Origin: an uncultured Nitrospiraceae bacterium | GTDB taxonomy: Bacteria > Nitrospirota > Thermodesulfovibrionia > Thermodesulfovibrionales > SM23-35 | Reading direction: 5' to 3' | Assembly: GCA_963727775.1 (NCBI GenBank) | Contig: CAVSHB010000004.1 | Span: 256,001 to 320,000, forward strand | Length of the DNA: 64,000 bases | Shown here: in pieces, positions 10,680 to 21,528 of the stretch | Position numbering within the stretch: the first letter of the stretch is position 1 | How the letters are laid out: every line of letters begins with the position of its first letter | The notes under the pieces: generated by a model | Told to the model about the DNA's origin: nothing | What the model saw: only the letters and a program-made list of their open reading frames with translations | Databases searched by the model: none | Position numbers and translations under genes: made by a program

Positions 10680-11384
10680 ATGGCAGATCTGGCGGTGCAG
10701 GCAAACGAACTAAGCAAATGGTTTGGAGAAGGAGAAGCCAGGACGTTGGCGGTGAGAGAAGTGAGCTTCGATGCATACTTCGGAGAAATGCTCTTCATCG
10801 AAGGCCCTTCCGGGAGCGGCAAGACGACATTGCTGAGCATGATCTCGGGGATTCTCAGACCGAATTCCGGCAGAGTGGTGGTTGACAACAAAGATATATG
10901 GAGTTTGACGAGCGATGAGATCGCCGATTTCAGATTGCATACGGTAGGGTTCGTGTTTCAGGACTATCACCTCTTCCCTCGGTTGACAACAGTCGAAAAT
11001 GTGGCGATCCCCCTGATCCTGAAAAAACTCGACTGGAATGAATCCATGAACGAGTCCATGAAATATCTGGAAATAGTCGGTCTCAAAGACAGGGCACACC
11101 TCACTCCCGTCAAACTGAGCGGAGGGGAGCAGCAGCGGGTGGCAATAGCAAGGGCTATCGCCGGCAGTCCCGATATCATGATATTCGACGAGCCCACCGC
11201 CTCATTGGACGGCGATACAGGAAGAAGAATCGTCGATTTTGTAAAAAAGAATATACTCAATGAGAAACGTTGTATTGTCATCGTTACCCATGACAGCAGG
11301 ATATTTGAATACGCAGACAGAATAATGAGGATGGAGGATGGAAAGATCATGGGTATTACAAAAGGAGGTTCAAATGAGGAATAA
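10680..11384 (+). CDS. ABC transporter ATP-binding protein
   Basis: GPSGSGKT, LSGGEQQR, DEPT, VTHD. Confidence 0.95.
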   Translation: MADLAVQANELSKWFGEGEARTLAVREVSFDAYFGEMLFIEGPSGSGKTTLLSMISGILRPNSGRVVVDNKDIWSLTSDEIADFRLHTVGFVFQDYHLFPRLTTVENVAIPLILKKLDWNESMNESMKYLEIVGLKDRAHLTPVKLSGGEQQRVAIARAIAGSPDIMIFDEPTASLDGDTGRRIVDFVKKNILNEKRCIVIVTHDSRIFEYADRIMRMEDGKIMGITKGGSNEE

Positions 11385-12459
11385 GATATTGTTCTCCCTT
11401 TCGATTATAGGCATATTCGTTGGCTTGGTGAGCGCCTATATATACGGCATTGAAAAAAAGCCGCAGCCTCCAGTATTTAATCCGGCTTCGAACCCTTACT
11501 CAAAAGGCGTCTATGCAAACGGCATCATTGAAAGCTACCAGACAAATGGAGAGAATATCAATATATACCCTGAAGTATCGGGTACTATTACAAAAATCCT
11601 GGTCGCTGAAGGACAAATCGTGCATAAGGGGACTACTATGCTTATGATGGACGATTCCGTTCAAAGGGCCACCGTACAGCAGCAGAAGTCTCAAGCCGAA
11701 GCTGCTCTGGCTCTCCTTGAAGAACTCCGGGCCCAGCCGAGGAAAGAAAATCTGGATATCGCAAAAGCCCAGGTAGAGTACGCGGGCACAAGCCTCAAAA
11801 GCGCGCAGGACCAGATGGACAAGCTAAGAAAGTCTTACGAACTGGATCCGAAATCGGTAAGTAAAAACGATTTGGATAACGCAGAAAATGCGGTCAAAGT
11901 GGCAAGAGCAAACCTCGCGGTCGTCCAGAAGCAGTACGAACTCACTAAAGCCGGGGCCTGGGTTTACGATATAAGGAACCAGGAAAACCAATATGAAGCC
12001 CTGTCAAAGGCTTACCAGTCTTCGGACGCCTTGCTTGCAAAGTACGTTATAAAAGCGCCGGTGAACGGAGTGATTCTATCCGTAAATGCTGCGGTGGGCA
12101 GCTATATGTCGTCTCAAGGGACGTATGACACTTATACAGAAGGGTTAGACCCTGTCATAGTCATGGGTAGTTCGGAAAACTACCTTGGAGTAAGATGCTA
12201 TATTGATGAGATACTTGTGCACAGATTGCCTCAGGCATCACAGACAAAAGCAAAGATGTCTATCAGAGGCACGAATATCAGCATCCCTCTGGAATATGTG
12301 CGGGTGCAGCCGTATGTGACACCAAAAATCGAGTTGTCAAACCAAAGGACAGAGAGGGTGGATGTGAGGGTATTGCCGGTGCTTTTCAGATTCGAGAAGC
12401 CAAAGAAACTTAATATTTATCCCGGACAATTGGTAGATGTATATATTGAAGAGAAATAA
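11374..12459 (+). CDS. Membrane fusion protein (HlyD/DevB-like)
   Basis: RBS AAGGAGG before ATG 11374; lipoyl half-motifs flanking a coiled coil; YPGQLVDV. Confidence 0.85.
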   Translation: MRNKILFSLSIIGIFVGLVSAYIYGIEKKPQPPVFNPASNPYSKGVYANGIIESYQTNGENINIYPEVSGTITKILVAEGQIVHKGTTMLMMDDSVQRATVQQQKSQAEAALALLEELRAQPRKENLDIAKAQVEYAGTSLKSAQDQMDKLRKSYELDPKSVSKNDLDNAENAVKVARANLAVVQKQYELTKAGAWVYDIRNQENQYEALSKAYQSSDALLAKYVIKAPVNGVILSVNAAVGSYMSSQGTYDTYTEGLDPVIVMGSSENYLGVRCYIDEILVHRLPQASQTKAKMSIRGTNISIPLEYVRVQPYVTPKIELSNQRTERVDVRVLPVLFRFEKPKKLNIYPGQLVDVYIEEK

Positions 12460-12460
12460 T

Positions 12461-13939
12461 ATGGCATGTACAGATAAGATGAAAGTATATGCGCTGATCG
12501 CACTTTTATCCCTTTCCTCTGTAACCGGCTGTGCAGTGGGTCCTGATTTTGTCCGACGCGATGCGCCGAAGGTTGATCGCTACACCCGTGAAGGAGATCC
12601 TGCGAAAACAATCGTTGCGGACGGCAAGGCCCAGCAGTTTGAACCTGGCGCAAAGATCGCAACAGACTGGTGGCGCCTTTTTAATTCCACCAAACTGGAG
12701 ACTGTAATAAAAGAAGCGATCGCCAATAATCAGACCCTGCAGTCGGCGCAGGCGAGTTTGCGCCAGAGTCAGGAGAACCTGCGGGCAGGCTACGGAGTTT
12801 TCTATCCCCAGGCAGACGCGGGTGTTGGCGCATCGCGTCAAAAATTCTCCCAAGCACGCTTTGGTGGGAACTCTGCAAGTAATATATTTAATCTTTATAC
12901 GCTGACAGGCACTGTCAGCTATGTCCTGGACATCTTCGGAGGCGAACGCCGCGCAGTAGAAAGTCTGCAGGCCCAGGTGGACGTTCAGCGCTATACGGTA
13001 CTAGCCACTTACCTTACCTTATCGGGTAATATCGTAAACACTGTTATTGCCCGTGCAGCTTACAGTGAACAGATTAAGGCTACTGAACAAATGATCACTT
13101 TACAAAAGGAACAGGTCGGACTTACCGAAACACAAGCAGAGGCGGGAACCGTCCCTTACTCGAATGTGCTCAGCCTTCGGAGTCAGCTTGCAGCTACAGA
13201 AGCATTGCTCCCTCCGCTCCGGCAAAAGCTTAGTCAGACCGAGCACCTGCTTGCGACATTGTCGGGTAGAACACCTGCTGAATGGACGCCGCCCCAACTC
13301 GACCTGGGAGACCTCACCCTTCCCGGTAACTTGCCCATAAGTCTTCCTTCTGATCTGGTACGGCAGCGTCCGGATATCCTTGCTTCCGAGGCCCAAATGC
13401 ACAGCGCCAGCGCCGAAGTCGGGGTGGCCACGGCTGCTTTATACCCAAGTTTTACCTTGAGCGGCGACTACGGTCAAAACAGCACTTCTCTCGATAATCT
13501 ATTCAAAAACAACAGCAGTTTCTGGAGTCTTGGCGCGAACATCGCCGCTCCCCTGTTCCATGGGGGTACACTGCGGGCCAAACAGCAGGCTGCTGTTGAG
13601 GCATACAATCAGTCCCTGGCGGACTATCGTCAGACCGTGCTCAACTCTTTTGCCCAGGTTGCCGATGTCCTGCGGGCCTTGGAAAATGACGCTGGAAGCA
13701 TATATGCGCAGTCGCAGGCAGTCAGTGCGGCCCAAGAAGCTCTGCGGTTGATACAGGCAAATTACCAGGCAGGCGTTGTCAACTATCTTCAAGTTCTTAT
13801 CGCGGATAGTCAGTACTATCAGGCAAAGATCGGTTATTTACAGTTACTGGCCCAGCGTCTTCAGGACACTGTTGCCCTCTTCGTCGCTTTGGGCGGCGGC
13901 TGGCGGGATGCAAAAGAGAAAACCCTGGTAGACTCGTAA
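12461..13939 (+). CDS. Outer membrane efflux lipoprotein (NodT/TolC family)
   Basis: GCAVGPDF lipobox, PSDLVRQRPDI, ALGGGW. Confidence 0.9.
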   Translation: MACTDKMKVYALIALLSLSSVTGCAVGPDFVRRDAPKVDRYTREGDPAKTIVADGKAQQFEPGAKIATDWWRLFNSTKLETVIKEAIANNQTLQSAQASLRQSQENLRAGYGVFYPQADAGVGASRQKFSQARFGGNSASNIFNLYTLTGTVSYVLDIFGGERRAVESLQAQVDVQRYTVLATYLTLSGNIVNTVIARAAYSEQIKATEQMITLQKEQVGLTETQAEAGTVPYSNVLSLRSQLAATEALLPPLRQKLSQTEHLLATLSGRTPAEWTPPQLDLGDLTLPGNLPISLPSDLVRQRPDILASEAQMHSASAEVGVATAALYPSFTLSGDYGQNSTSLDNLFKNNSSFWSLGANIAAPLFHGGTLRAKQQAAVEAYNQSLADYRQTVLNSFAQVADVLRALENDAGSIYAQSQAVSAAQEALRLIQANYQAGVVNYLQVLIADSQYYQAKIGYLQLLAQRLQDTVALFVALGGGWRDAKEKTLVDS

Positions 13940-14018
13940 GACCTCAGAACAGTTGTAAGAACGGCATAATTGGATCTCCTTTCAATATGATTGAAAAGGC
14001 CCTATAGAAATTAAGAAA

Positions 14019-15287
14019 ATGAATAGATTAACGCATACACTGCGTTCATTGCAGCATAGAAACTACCGCCTTTTTTTCGTCGGCCAGGGCATCTCTCTAA
14101 TTGGCACATGGATGCAACAGATAGCATTAAGCTGGCTTGTATATAGAATCAGCAATTCCGTTTTTCTCCTCGGCATAGTCGGGTTTGCGAGCAGGATTCC
14201 CACTTTTCTCCTTGCGCCCTTTGCAGGAGTCTTAGCCGACAGGTGGAATCGTCACCATCTAGTGATAATAGTTCAATCACTGGCCATGGTGCAGGCATTT
14301 GTCCTGGCATTCCTTGTATTAACGGGCAAGGTTACGGTATGGCACATAATACTGCTTGGCCTATTCTTGGGCTGTGTTAATTCTTTTGACATTCCCATAC
14401 GTCAGTCCTTTGTGGTGGATATGCTTGAAAAAGATGAGGACCTCGGTAATGCCATTGCCCTGAATTCTTCACTGGTCAATGGCGCAAGGCTGCTTGGTCC
14501 TTCTGTGGCGGGTGTGCTTATAGCAGCTGTGGGTGAGGGCATGTGTTTTCTCATCAACGGCTTAAGCTACATCGCGGTCATCGTCGCCCTGTTCGCTATG
14601 AGGATCACCAGAAGACAAACGAGTAGAGACGGGTCCAATTTTCTGCACACCCTCAAGGAAGGTTTTTCTTACACCTTTGGCTCTGCCCCTATTCGGGACA
14701 TCCTATTACTTCTTGCCCTCGTCAGCCTGATGGGGATGCCATATGTTACTCTCATGCCGGTTTTTGCCAGGGATGTCCTGCATGGCAGCTCTCATACGTT
14801 CGGATTTTTAATGGGCGCCACCGGAATAGGGGCTTTAATAGGGGCAATATATCTTGCTTCCAGAAAGACAGTTGCAGGACTGGGAGGGGTCATTGCCATA
14901 GCAGCCTGTGTCTTTGGGATCGGACTCGTCGCCTTCTCGCTTTCCAAAATCCTGTGGATTTCTCTCCTGTTAATGGTTTTTACCGGATTCGGGATGATGG
15001 TCCAGATGGCGGCAAGCAATACGGTTTTACAGACTATCGCGGATGACGCCAAGCGCGGTAGGGTGATGAGTTTTTACACCGTAGCCTTTATGGGCATGAC
15101 GCCCTTCGGAAGTCTGATAGCGGGATGGCTGGCAAGTCGGTTAGGTGTAAGGGATACCGTTTTCATAAGCGGAGTCTCTTGCCTTATAGGTGCTGCTATT
15201 TTCTTAAGCAGACTTCCTGCATTGCAGGAAATGGTCCGTCCAATATACGAGGGGAAGGGAGTTATATTAAAGGGAAAACCATTGTGA
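14019..15287 (+). CDS. MFS transporter
   Basis: About 12 hydrophobic segments; GVLADRWNR motif A. Confidence 0.9.
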   Translation: MNRLTHTLRSLQHRNYRLFFVGQGISLIGTWMQQIALSWLVYRISNSVFLLGIVGFASRIPTFLLAPFAGVLADRWNRHHLVIIVQSLAMVQAFVLAFLVLTGKVTVWHIILLGLFLGCVNSFDIPIRQSFVVDMLEKDEDLGNAIALNSSLVNGARLLGPSVAGVLIAAVGEGMCFLINGLSYIAVIVALFAMRITRRQTSRDGSNFLHTLKEGFSYTFGSAPIRDILLLLALVSLMGMPYVTLMPVFARDVLHGSSHTFGFLMGATGIGALIGAIYLASRKTVAGLGGVIAIAACVFGIGLVAFSLSKILWISLLLMVFTGFGMMVQMAASNTVLQTIADDAKRGRVMSFYTVAFMGMTPFGSLIAGWLASRLGVRDTVFISGVSCLIGAAIFLSRLPALQEMVRPIYEGKGVILKGKPL

Positions 15288-15489
15288 AAAGTTTCGTATA
15301 TCACATGGATCTTTGACGAGATCAATAGATTAATCACAAGGACTAAGCGTGAGACTTTCCTTTGCGATATTTCTTCCAGCGCTTTGACAGCTTTGCCATC
15401 GCGTCTTAGGCAACATGGTTTCTCCAAGCCAAGTATCGGTTGTATAATTTCGGTGATATAATTAAAGCAAGAGAAGAGGTAACCGGACA

Positions 15490-16560
15490 ATGGTACGATT
15501 GACAGCATTCATTTTCATCATAAGCGGCTTTCTCCTGATGCATGGGGTGGTACTCGCGCAGTCAGCGCAGATAACACCGGGGAGTCCGACGTTGGCAGAG
15601 CCTCTTGTTCGAGAAGGAGATTTGGCTGTCAGACTCTTAGAGGCGCTTAACCTTGGTTCAGCGGAGAGCGAAACCGAGGCCGAGAGTGTGCTGGCCTCTG
15701 TCGATATCACACCCCGCAACGGCTGGATCGCCGATTACCCCGTTACCCCTGATATAATCGGCGAACTACAGGTTGCCATTAGCGAAGCAGCAGAATCGGG
15801 CAAATTAGCCGTAGGTAAGGAAGCTGCGCTGCAAACATTGCAGGATGTCTTATCTGATTATAACTTGTCCGCGAAGACTGATACCTCAGGACAGGGTACA
15901 GGTGAAACATCTGCCCCTGATTATCCTGACTCTACGGGGGTAAGTGATTATTATAGCGATGAAGGACCTCCTGTGGTTACCTATTATGCTCCGCCTCCTG
16001 ATTATGCATACCTTTATTCTTGGGTATCTTATCCTTTTTGGTGGCGGGGCTCACGGTTCCCCGGGTTCTTCGTCAAAAAAAGGTTTAATGTCTGGGTGCA
16101 TGGTCCCGAAGGTGGGCATGGAGAATATATCAGCAATTACTTGCACGATTCGAAGACAGACAAGACCTTCCGCATCGATCCCATGAAGAGGTCCCACGGT
16201 GGAGCTCTTGAAGAAATAGGAGGCGCGAGACAGTTCAGCCCTTCGGCACCGAGCGGGGCAGCAGCAGTGCCTGGTCCGAGTCAGGAGCGTGCAATTACAA
16301 GGGCACCGGGAGAATTTCGAGGTTATGGCGCCTCAGGACCTTCCACCGGAACTCGCTCAAGCACTTTTGAGCGTTCAAACAACAGCAGCTTTGAACGAAA
16401 TGCGAGCGACCGTGGGTTCCAAAGCCGCTCCAGCGCCGGTCAGATACCCGGCAAGGGGGCCAGCGGAGGAGGCTCACGCAACGGCAGTGCCCGAGGTGGT
16501 GGCAGTGTAGGAGGATTCCATGGTAGCGGCGGAGGATCTACCGGTGGAGTGCGTCACTAG
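15490..16560 (+). CDS. Secreted hypothetical protein (paralogue of 5509..6486)
   Basis: Signal peptide; shares LVREGD, ITPRNGWIADYPVTPDI, GPPVVTY.APPPDY and FRIDP with its paralogue; Gly-rich tail. Confidence 0.75.
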   Translation: MVRLTAFIFIISGFLLMHGVVLAQSAQITPGSPTLAEPLVREGDLAVRLLEALNLGSAESETEAESVLASVDITPRNGWIADYPVTPDIIGELQVAISEAAESGKLAVGKEAALQTLQDVLSDYNLSAKTDTSGQGTGETSAPDYPDSTGVSDYYSDEGPPVVTYYAPPPDYAYLYSWVSYPFWWRGSRFPGFFVKKRFNVWVHGPEGGHGEYISNYLHDSKTDKTFRIDPMKRSHGGALEEIGGARQFSPSAPSGAAAVPGPSQERAITRAPGEFRGYGASGPSTGTRSSTFERSNNSSFERNASDRGFQSRSSAGQIPGKGASGGGSRNGSARGGGSVGGFHGSGGGSTGGVRH

Positions 16561-16634
16561 AAGGACAATATATCTCTCAGTGTATGTCTTTGCACCAGAT
16601 TGGCATGCACAAGACAGCATGAGCTTCCCGATGC

Positions 16635-17627
16635 ATGGAGGAAAGAGCGATGCTTAGAAATACGATGAAGTCAGGAAACCTTCACCGATATGGTTTAATG
16701 GTGTTTATATTGACTATCTTCGCAGTGACGGTTTTCAGTTTTCTTGCCTCAGCGCAAGATACAAAACAAAAGAAGTTCAAGTCCCCGGAAGACGCATTCA
16801 ATGCACTTGTGGAGGCCGCGAAGACCAATGACACCAAGGGATTACTGGCCATCTTTGGACCGGATGGCAAAGAAATCATATCCTCCGGCGACTCAGTTGC
16901 CGATACAGGATCCCGGAAACGTTTCGTGAAGGCCGCTGGTGAGGCCATTAAGTTTAGAAAGTTGGACGACAAGACAACGTTGGCAGTTATCGGAAAAGAC
17001 GAGTGGTGCTTTCCCATCCCTCTGGTGAAAACAGGGCCTGAATGGGTTTTTTCCACTGAAGAGGGAAAGGAAGAGATCATCAATCGGAGGATAGGTAGGA
17101 ACGAATTGAATTCTATTCAGGTTTCTCTGACTTATGTGGCCGCACAACGTGAGTATGCCGGCAAGGACCGTAATGGTAACGGGATACAATACGCCCAGCA
17201 TTTTCTTAGCCGGAAGGGCAAGAAGGATGGTCTGTACTGGGAGGCCACACCCGAAGAAGAGACCAGTCCCTTGGGGCCGCTGCTTGCCCGTGCCTCTGAA
17301 GAAGGATACGCTTTCAGGAAAGACGAGAAGCCTGTTCCATACCACGGGTATTATTTCAAAATCCTGAAAAGTCAGGGCAGCAATGCCCCAGGTGGCGAAC
17401 TCGATTATATAGTCGCCCGCAAGATGGTGGGCGGTTTCGGCCTGTTGGCATACCCTGCGGAATACGGAGTGTCCGGGATCATGACCTTCGTGGTGAACCA
17501 ACAGGGGATTGTGTATGAGAAGGATCTCGGGTCCAGGACGAAAGAGATTGCAAAGGCGATGATAAAGTATGACCCTGACAAGACGTGGAAAAAGGTTGAA
17601 CATACGTCAGTTGGTCCGGCAAGATAA
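16635..17627 (+). CDS. DUF2950 family exported protein
   Basis: F.SPEDA, RRIGRNEL, DGLYW, SPLGPL, PYHGYYFKIL, AYPAEYGVSGIMTF. Confidence 0.8.
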   Translation: MEERAMLRNTMKSGNLHRYGLMVFILTIFAVTVFSFLASAQDTKQKKFKSPEDAFNALVEAAKTNDTKGLLAIFGPDGKEIISSGDSVADTGSRKRFVKAAGEAIKFRKLDDKTTLAVIGKDEWCFPIPLVKTGPEWVFSTEEGKEEIINRRIGRNELNSIQVSLTYVAAQREYAGKDRNGNGIQYAQHFLSRKGKKDGLYWEATPEEETSPLGPLLARASEEGYAFRKDEKPVPYHGYYFKILKSQGSNAPGGELDYIVARKMVGGFGLLAYPAEYGVSGIMTFVVNQQGIVYEKDLGSRTKEIAKAMIKYDPDKTWKKVEHTSVGPAR

Positions 17628-18008
17628 GAATAAAGATTTTTTCGCCTCAAGAGTTCTTCACGGAAATTAACTGTCCCCGCTAACCGATAGGTCCCGGAAG
17701 TTGAAACATGAGGGAGCTACCGAAAAACTGTTCTTGTAATCATTCATATTCTCTTCATATTCAATATCTCAAATTTAGTTGATTTACCCGTGCTGCCTGT
17801 CGTCCCCTCCCAAGACGTATTTTCTTTTTAAAAACTACGAGGAACTCCATATGCTGCAATGATTTGAAGGCGATTTCTAATTTCAAGAAAATGGCTACAA
17901 TTTTACCTTGAGCAGATCAAGAATCTTTTGCTGACTGTTATCCGGGGTGCAAACAATTCGGCACGAAGAGCCCTGCACTTGAAGTCTCTGCCTTCTCAGG
18001 CTCTTTAA

Positions 18009-19642
18009 CCTAAAAAAAGCGGTACGGGATACACATAAGGGGCGAAGCATGCAATAATAAACGGAAAAAGAGTGGCAGGAGGGTTCACCTAATGGGTGAG
18101 GCAAAACGGCGTGCGATAGCAAGGAGCAACTCAGTAGGAATTGATACATATGCGGGGAAGATACACGTAGAATGGGACCCTGATGCAGCTGTTACCCCAT
18201 TGGGGCAGTTGCCATTTTTCATAGAATTTCTGAAAGTCAGCGGGTTGTTTGATTCCTTTGTAAAAGAGTGTCCCCTCTCCTATAGCAGCCCGAATGCGCC
18301 GAAGAAGAGAAACGTGTTAGGCACTCTCATGCTTTCGATACTTGCGGGACATAAGCGATATGCACATATCGCAGCGATACGAAGTGATGGAGTGAATCCC
18401 GAGTTATTGGGGATGGATAAGATAATCAGTGAAGATGCGGCGCGTCGGGCCTTATTGCAGATAGAAGAAGGGACTGGGATACAATGGCTTGAATCAGAGC
18501 TTGCACGCTGCACGATGCCTGTATTATCGGCAGTATCAGGCCCCTCCTGGATACTTGATACGGACACGACGGTAAAGTGTCTGTATGGCAAACAAGAGGG
18601 GGCAGTTGTGGGATATAATCCTAAGAAACCTGGGCGGCCCTCACACAGTTACCACAGTTATTTTATGGCAAACACACGATTAGCGTTAAAGGTAGAAGTG
18701 AAGGCGGGCAATGAGACCGCATCGAGTCACAGCACGGCTGGATTATGGGAATTGGTAGAGAGTATTCCCCGGGATAATCGGCCGGCCTTCATCCGTGGAG
18801 ATATAGCGTTTGGAGTAGAGGGAGTGTTATCAGAGGCAGAAAAACGTAGTATACATTATGTCACAAAGCTGAGGATTACGAAGAATGTAAAAAGATTGAT
18901 CGAGAGAATGTTTGAGATGGAAGAATGGGTAAAAGCCGGTGCCGGATACTATGGAATGGAGTCAGAGCTGAAGTTATTTGGGTGGAGCCGTAGTCGCCGG
19001 GTGATCGTGCTGCGCCGACCTATACCTGGGGATATTCTTTTGCAGAAAAAAGGGAAAGATCAAATGGAGATGAGTTTCATCGAGACACAAGGGGGAGTGG
19101 CTAAGTATGAGTACACGGTGCTGGTGACTTCTCTTTCTGATGAGGTATCAAGTATTGCACAGCATTACCGGGATCGTGCAGACAGTGAAAATATCTTTGA
19201 CGAGTTAAAGAATCAGTGGGGCTGGGGCGGATATACGACAAAGGATTTGAAGCGATGCCGCATGATTAGTCGCATGGTAGCTCTTGTATATAACTGGTGG
19301 TCGCTGTTTGTGCGCCTGGCCAATCCAAATAAACATCATGAGGCAATAACGAGCAGACCGTTGCTGTTACACGCAGTTGCGAAACAGACAAAACATGGGG
19401 GACAGACTTTTCTGACTATTACCAGTCCTCATGCAAAGGCTGAAAAGGTGCGGGGAGCATTGTTACGACTATCACTGTTCCTCGGGGATATTAGGACCAC
19501 TGCGGAGCAGTTGAATATCGCTGAGCGGATGAGGATTGTAGCAATGCATGCTTTTAGAAAAATCATCGGCCCTTTGAACATAAATTCAGGGAAATTGCTC
19601 CCTCAAACTGGTGTGGCATGATCTCTAACTGCTTTTTTTAGG
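18009..19642 (+). mobile_element. IS1380-family insertion sequence
   Basis: Terminal IRs CCTAAAAAAAGCGGT / ACTGCTTTTTTTAGG; 5-bp target duplication TTTAA at 18004-18008 and 19643-19647. Confidence 0.9.
18092..19621 (+). CDS. IS1380-family DDE transposase
   Basis: LDTDTTV..YGKQEG, RGD, YRDRADSENIFDELKNQWG. Confidence 0.9.
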   Translation: MGEAKRRAIARSNSVGIDTYAGKIHVEWDPDAAVTPLGQLPFFIEFLKVSGLFDSFVKECPLSYSSPNAPKKRNVLGTLMLSILAGHKRYAHIAAIRSDGVNPELLGMDKIISEDAARRALLQIEEGTGIQWLESELARCTMPVLSAVSGPSWILDTDTTVKCLYGKQEGAVVGYNPKKPGRPSHSYHSYFMANTRLALKVEVKAGNETASSHSTAGLWELVESIPRDNRPAFIRGDIAFGVEGVLSEAEKRSIHYVTKLRITKNVKRLIERMFEMEEWVKAGAGYYGMESELKLFGWSRSRRVIVLRRPIPGDILLQKKGKDQMEMSFIETQGGVAKYEYTVLVTSLSDEVSSIAQHYRDRADSENIFDELKNQWGWGGYTTKDLKRCRMISRMVALVYNWWSLFVRLANPNKHHEAITSRPLLLHAVAKQTKHGGQTFLTITSPHAKAEKVRGALLRLSLFLGDIRTTAEQLNIAERMRIVAMHAFRKIIGPLNINSGKLLPQTGVA

Positions 19643-21382
19643 TTTAATCTCTCAATCACATACTCAAATGTCCATCTGCGGTGTTTATTTTTTCCGTCAG
19701 ACTGAAACAGAGGCTTTAGTCTCTGATTCATATGCCACTGCAAGTAGTAGGCAAGCATGCAAAGAAACACATGACAGCGGATTCGGTCGTCGGTCTTGTG
19801 ATAAACGGGCCGCACCTCAAGCTGTACGCTCTTTAAGTTCCGAAACGCCTGTTCTACAAGAGCAAGCTTTTTATATGATGCCACTATTGCCTGCTTTGCC
19901 ATCAGCCCGGCAGGAACATCGGAGGCAATGATGTAACAGCCGTCAATCAATTCCTCAGTCTCGATCTTCTCTGTTTTTAATTTCCATGTGAGACGTCCAT
20001 CCTGTACTGACCACTCTACAAATTTACCTGTCTTCCACTTTCCCAGAACCTTCCCCACCCTTGCCGCTATCTTCTCGTTTGACGACTTCCGTTTTGATTG
20101 GGCTATGCTATCCAATGCCTTTCTGGTGACCTCAATCAAGCCTTTGCGTGTCACAGCTTCCCTTGTAGCGGTCTTTGGATTGCGGCATAAGCAGTATCGC
20201 CGTCCTATCGCCTCAGGATCCACTACTTCAATAATCTCCTTTTCATCAAACATATCGATCTGAATCACCTTGCGTTCCAGTAGCTCTTTTATCTGGTGGT
20301 GTGTTAATGCCGATATTATATTGAGCCCTTTTACATCCTTAACCTTTTCGTAATTGGCATGAGTAACCATTCCACGATCACCTACAAAGATTATCTCCTG
20401 GATCCCATATTTTTTCTGCACCTCAGCTATTTTATCGGGTACCGTTTGAGCATCCTGAGTATTCCCAGGGAAAACTTCCACACCCACAGGGCACCCCTCG
20501 GGACTGCAAAGCAGCCCTATCACCATCTGTTCATGCCCCCGCTTGCCGTCCCGGTTATATCCGAATTTAACGATCTCACTGTCTTCATACTCGCCCTCAA
20601 AATAACTGCTGGTTATATCGTAAAGCACAAGCGCGCCGTTTCGGAGATGCTTTTTCGCCAATGTACTTTGGATGGCATCCTGCCTCTGTAAAAGACGATC
20701 CATAGGCTCATAACAATGCTTATCTACGTCAACCGGCCCTTCTATCCCGCAGAGTTCCCATAATGCCGTGTCCTCCCATCTGTGCGATAAAGCCAGCTTG
20801 CTGCCGCTATATACTAAACGGCCGATTATCATGGCAAGACAGTCTTTAACCCACTGCTCGGAATATCTCGAATAAATCATCTTGTCCAACTCTAATTCCT
20901 TCGCCAACTGCAATACCGCATAGGAAGCGCCGTACTCTTTCGATTCCGCGATTTTGTGAGCGTCGGCTGAACCCTTTACCAGCACATCGCCCCTGAAGGC
21001 GGCCTGTATGAGCTTTAGTTGTTCAAGACTCATATCCTTAATGGTCCCATGTGTCGTGTGCCTGATTTCGCCCTTCTCACGGAAGGTAGTGCGAATAACG
21101 CCGTAGTGCTTATTGCCGGAAGTCTGTATTTCGAGATGGGGGCGTGGCTTCTTTTTAAATGGCATGGCTACTATTATAGGATATGATTACCACTATGTCA
21201 ACTATAAAATGCTATATTATATGGCTACATTTGAAAGCCAAATACACGGTAATCTATTGTAATATAAGCATTTATGGGTGTTTTCATAAAAGAAAATACG
21301 CCAAGAAACGTCAGGCAGCCCCCTTCTTCTCAATACGATCTCTTCCAAGCTGCGATGTCCGGAACTTTATAGCTTGAAGGAA

Positions 21383-21411
21383 TTGTAACCGAATACCTTT
21401 CTTAATCGTCT
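21383..21411 (+). promoter_or_regulatory. Candidate ECF-sigma promoter of the MacAB-like operon
   Basis: TTGTAACC-N16-CGTCT, as at 6685..6713. Confidence 0.6.
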
Positions 21412-21528
21412 ATTCTTACAGTGGGAAATGGTTCATTGGAAACACATTTGGGCACTCTTGCGTCCAATCAGCTACCGTCGGAGTCGCCACGGCAGAAGGC
21501 ATCAAACCTATAAACTGGAGGGGTAAAT

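Larger units (their letters stand above)
17895..21165 (-). pseudogene. IS1634-family transposase interrupted by IS1380 (pieces 21165-19643 and 18003-17895)
   Basis: LYDITSSYFEG, GYNRDGKR, DRGM, VEQAFRNLK. Removing the IS1380 and one target copy restores ...IERLKSLRRQ... in frame. Element ends not resolved. Confidence 0.85.

Noticed and set aside
17640..17894. Terminal inverted repeat matching the 21300-21380 end of the first IS1634
   Set aside because: No convincing IR pair or target duplication found by eye; boundaries left undefined.
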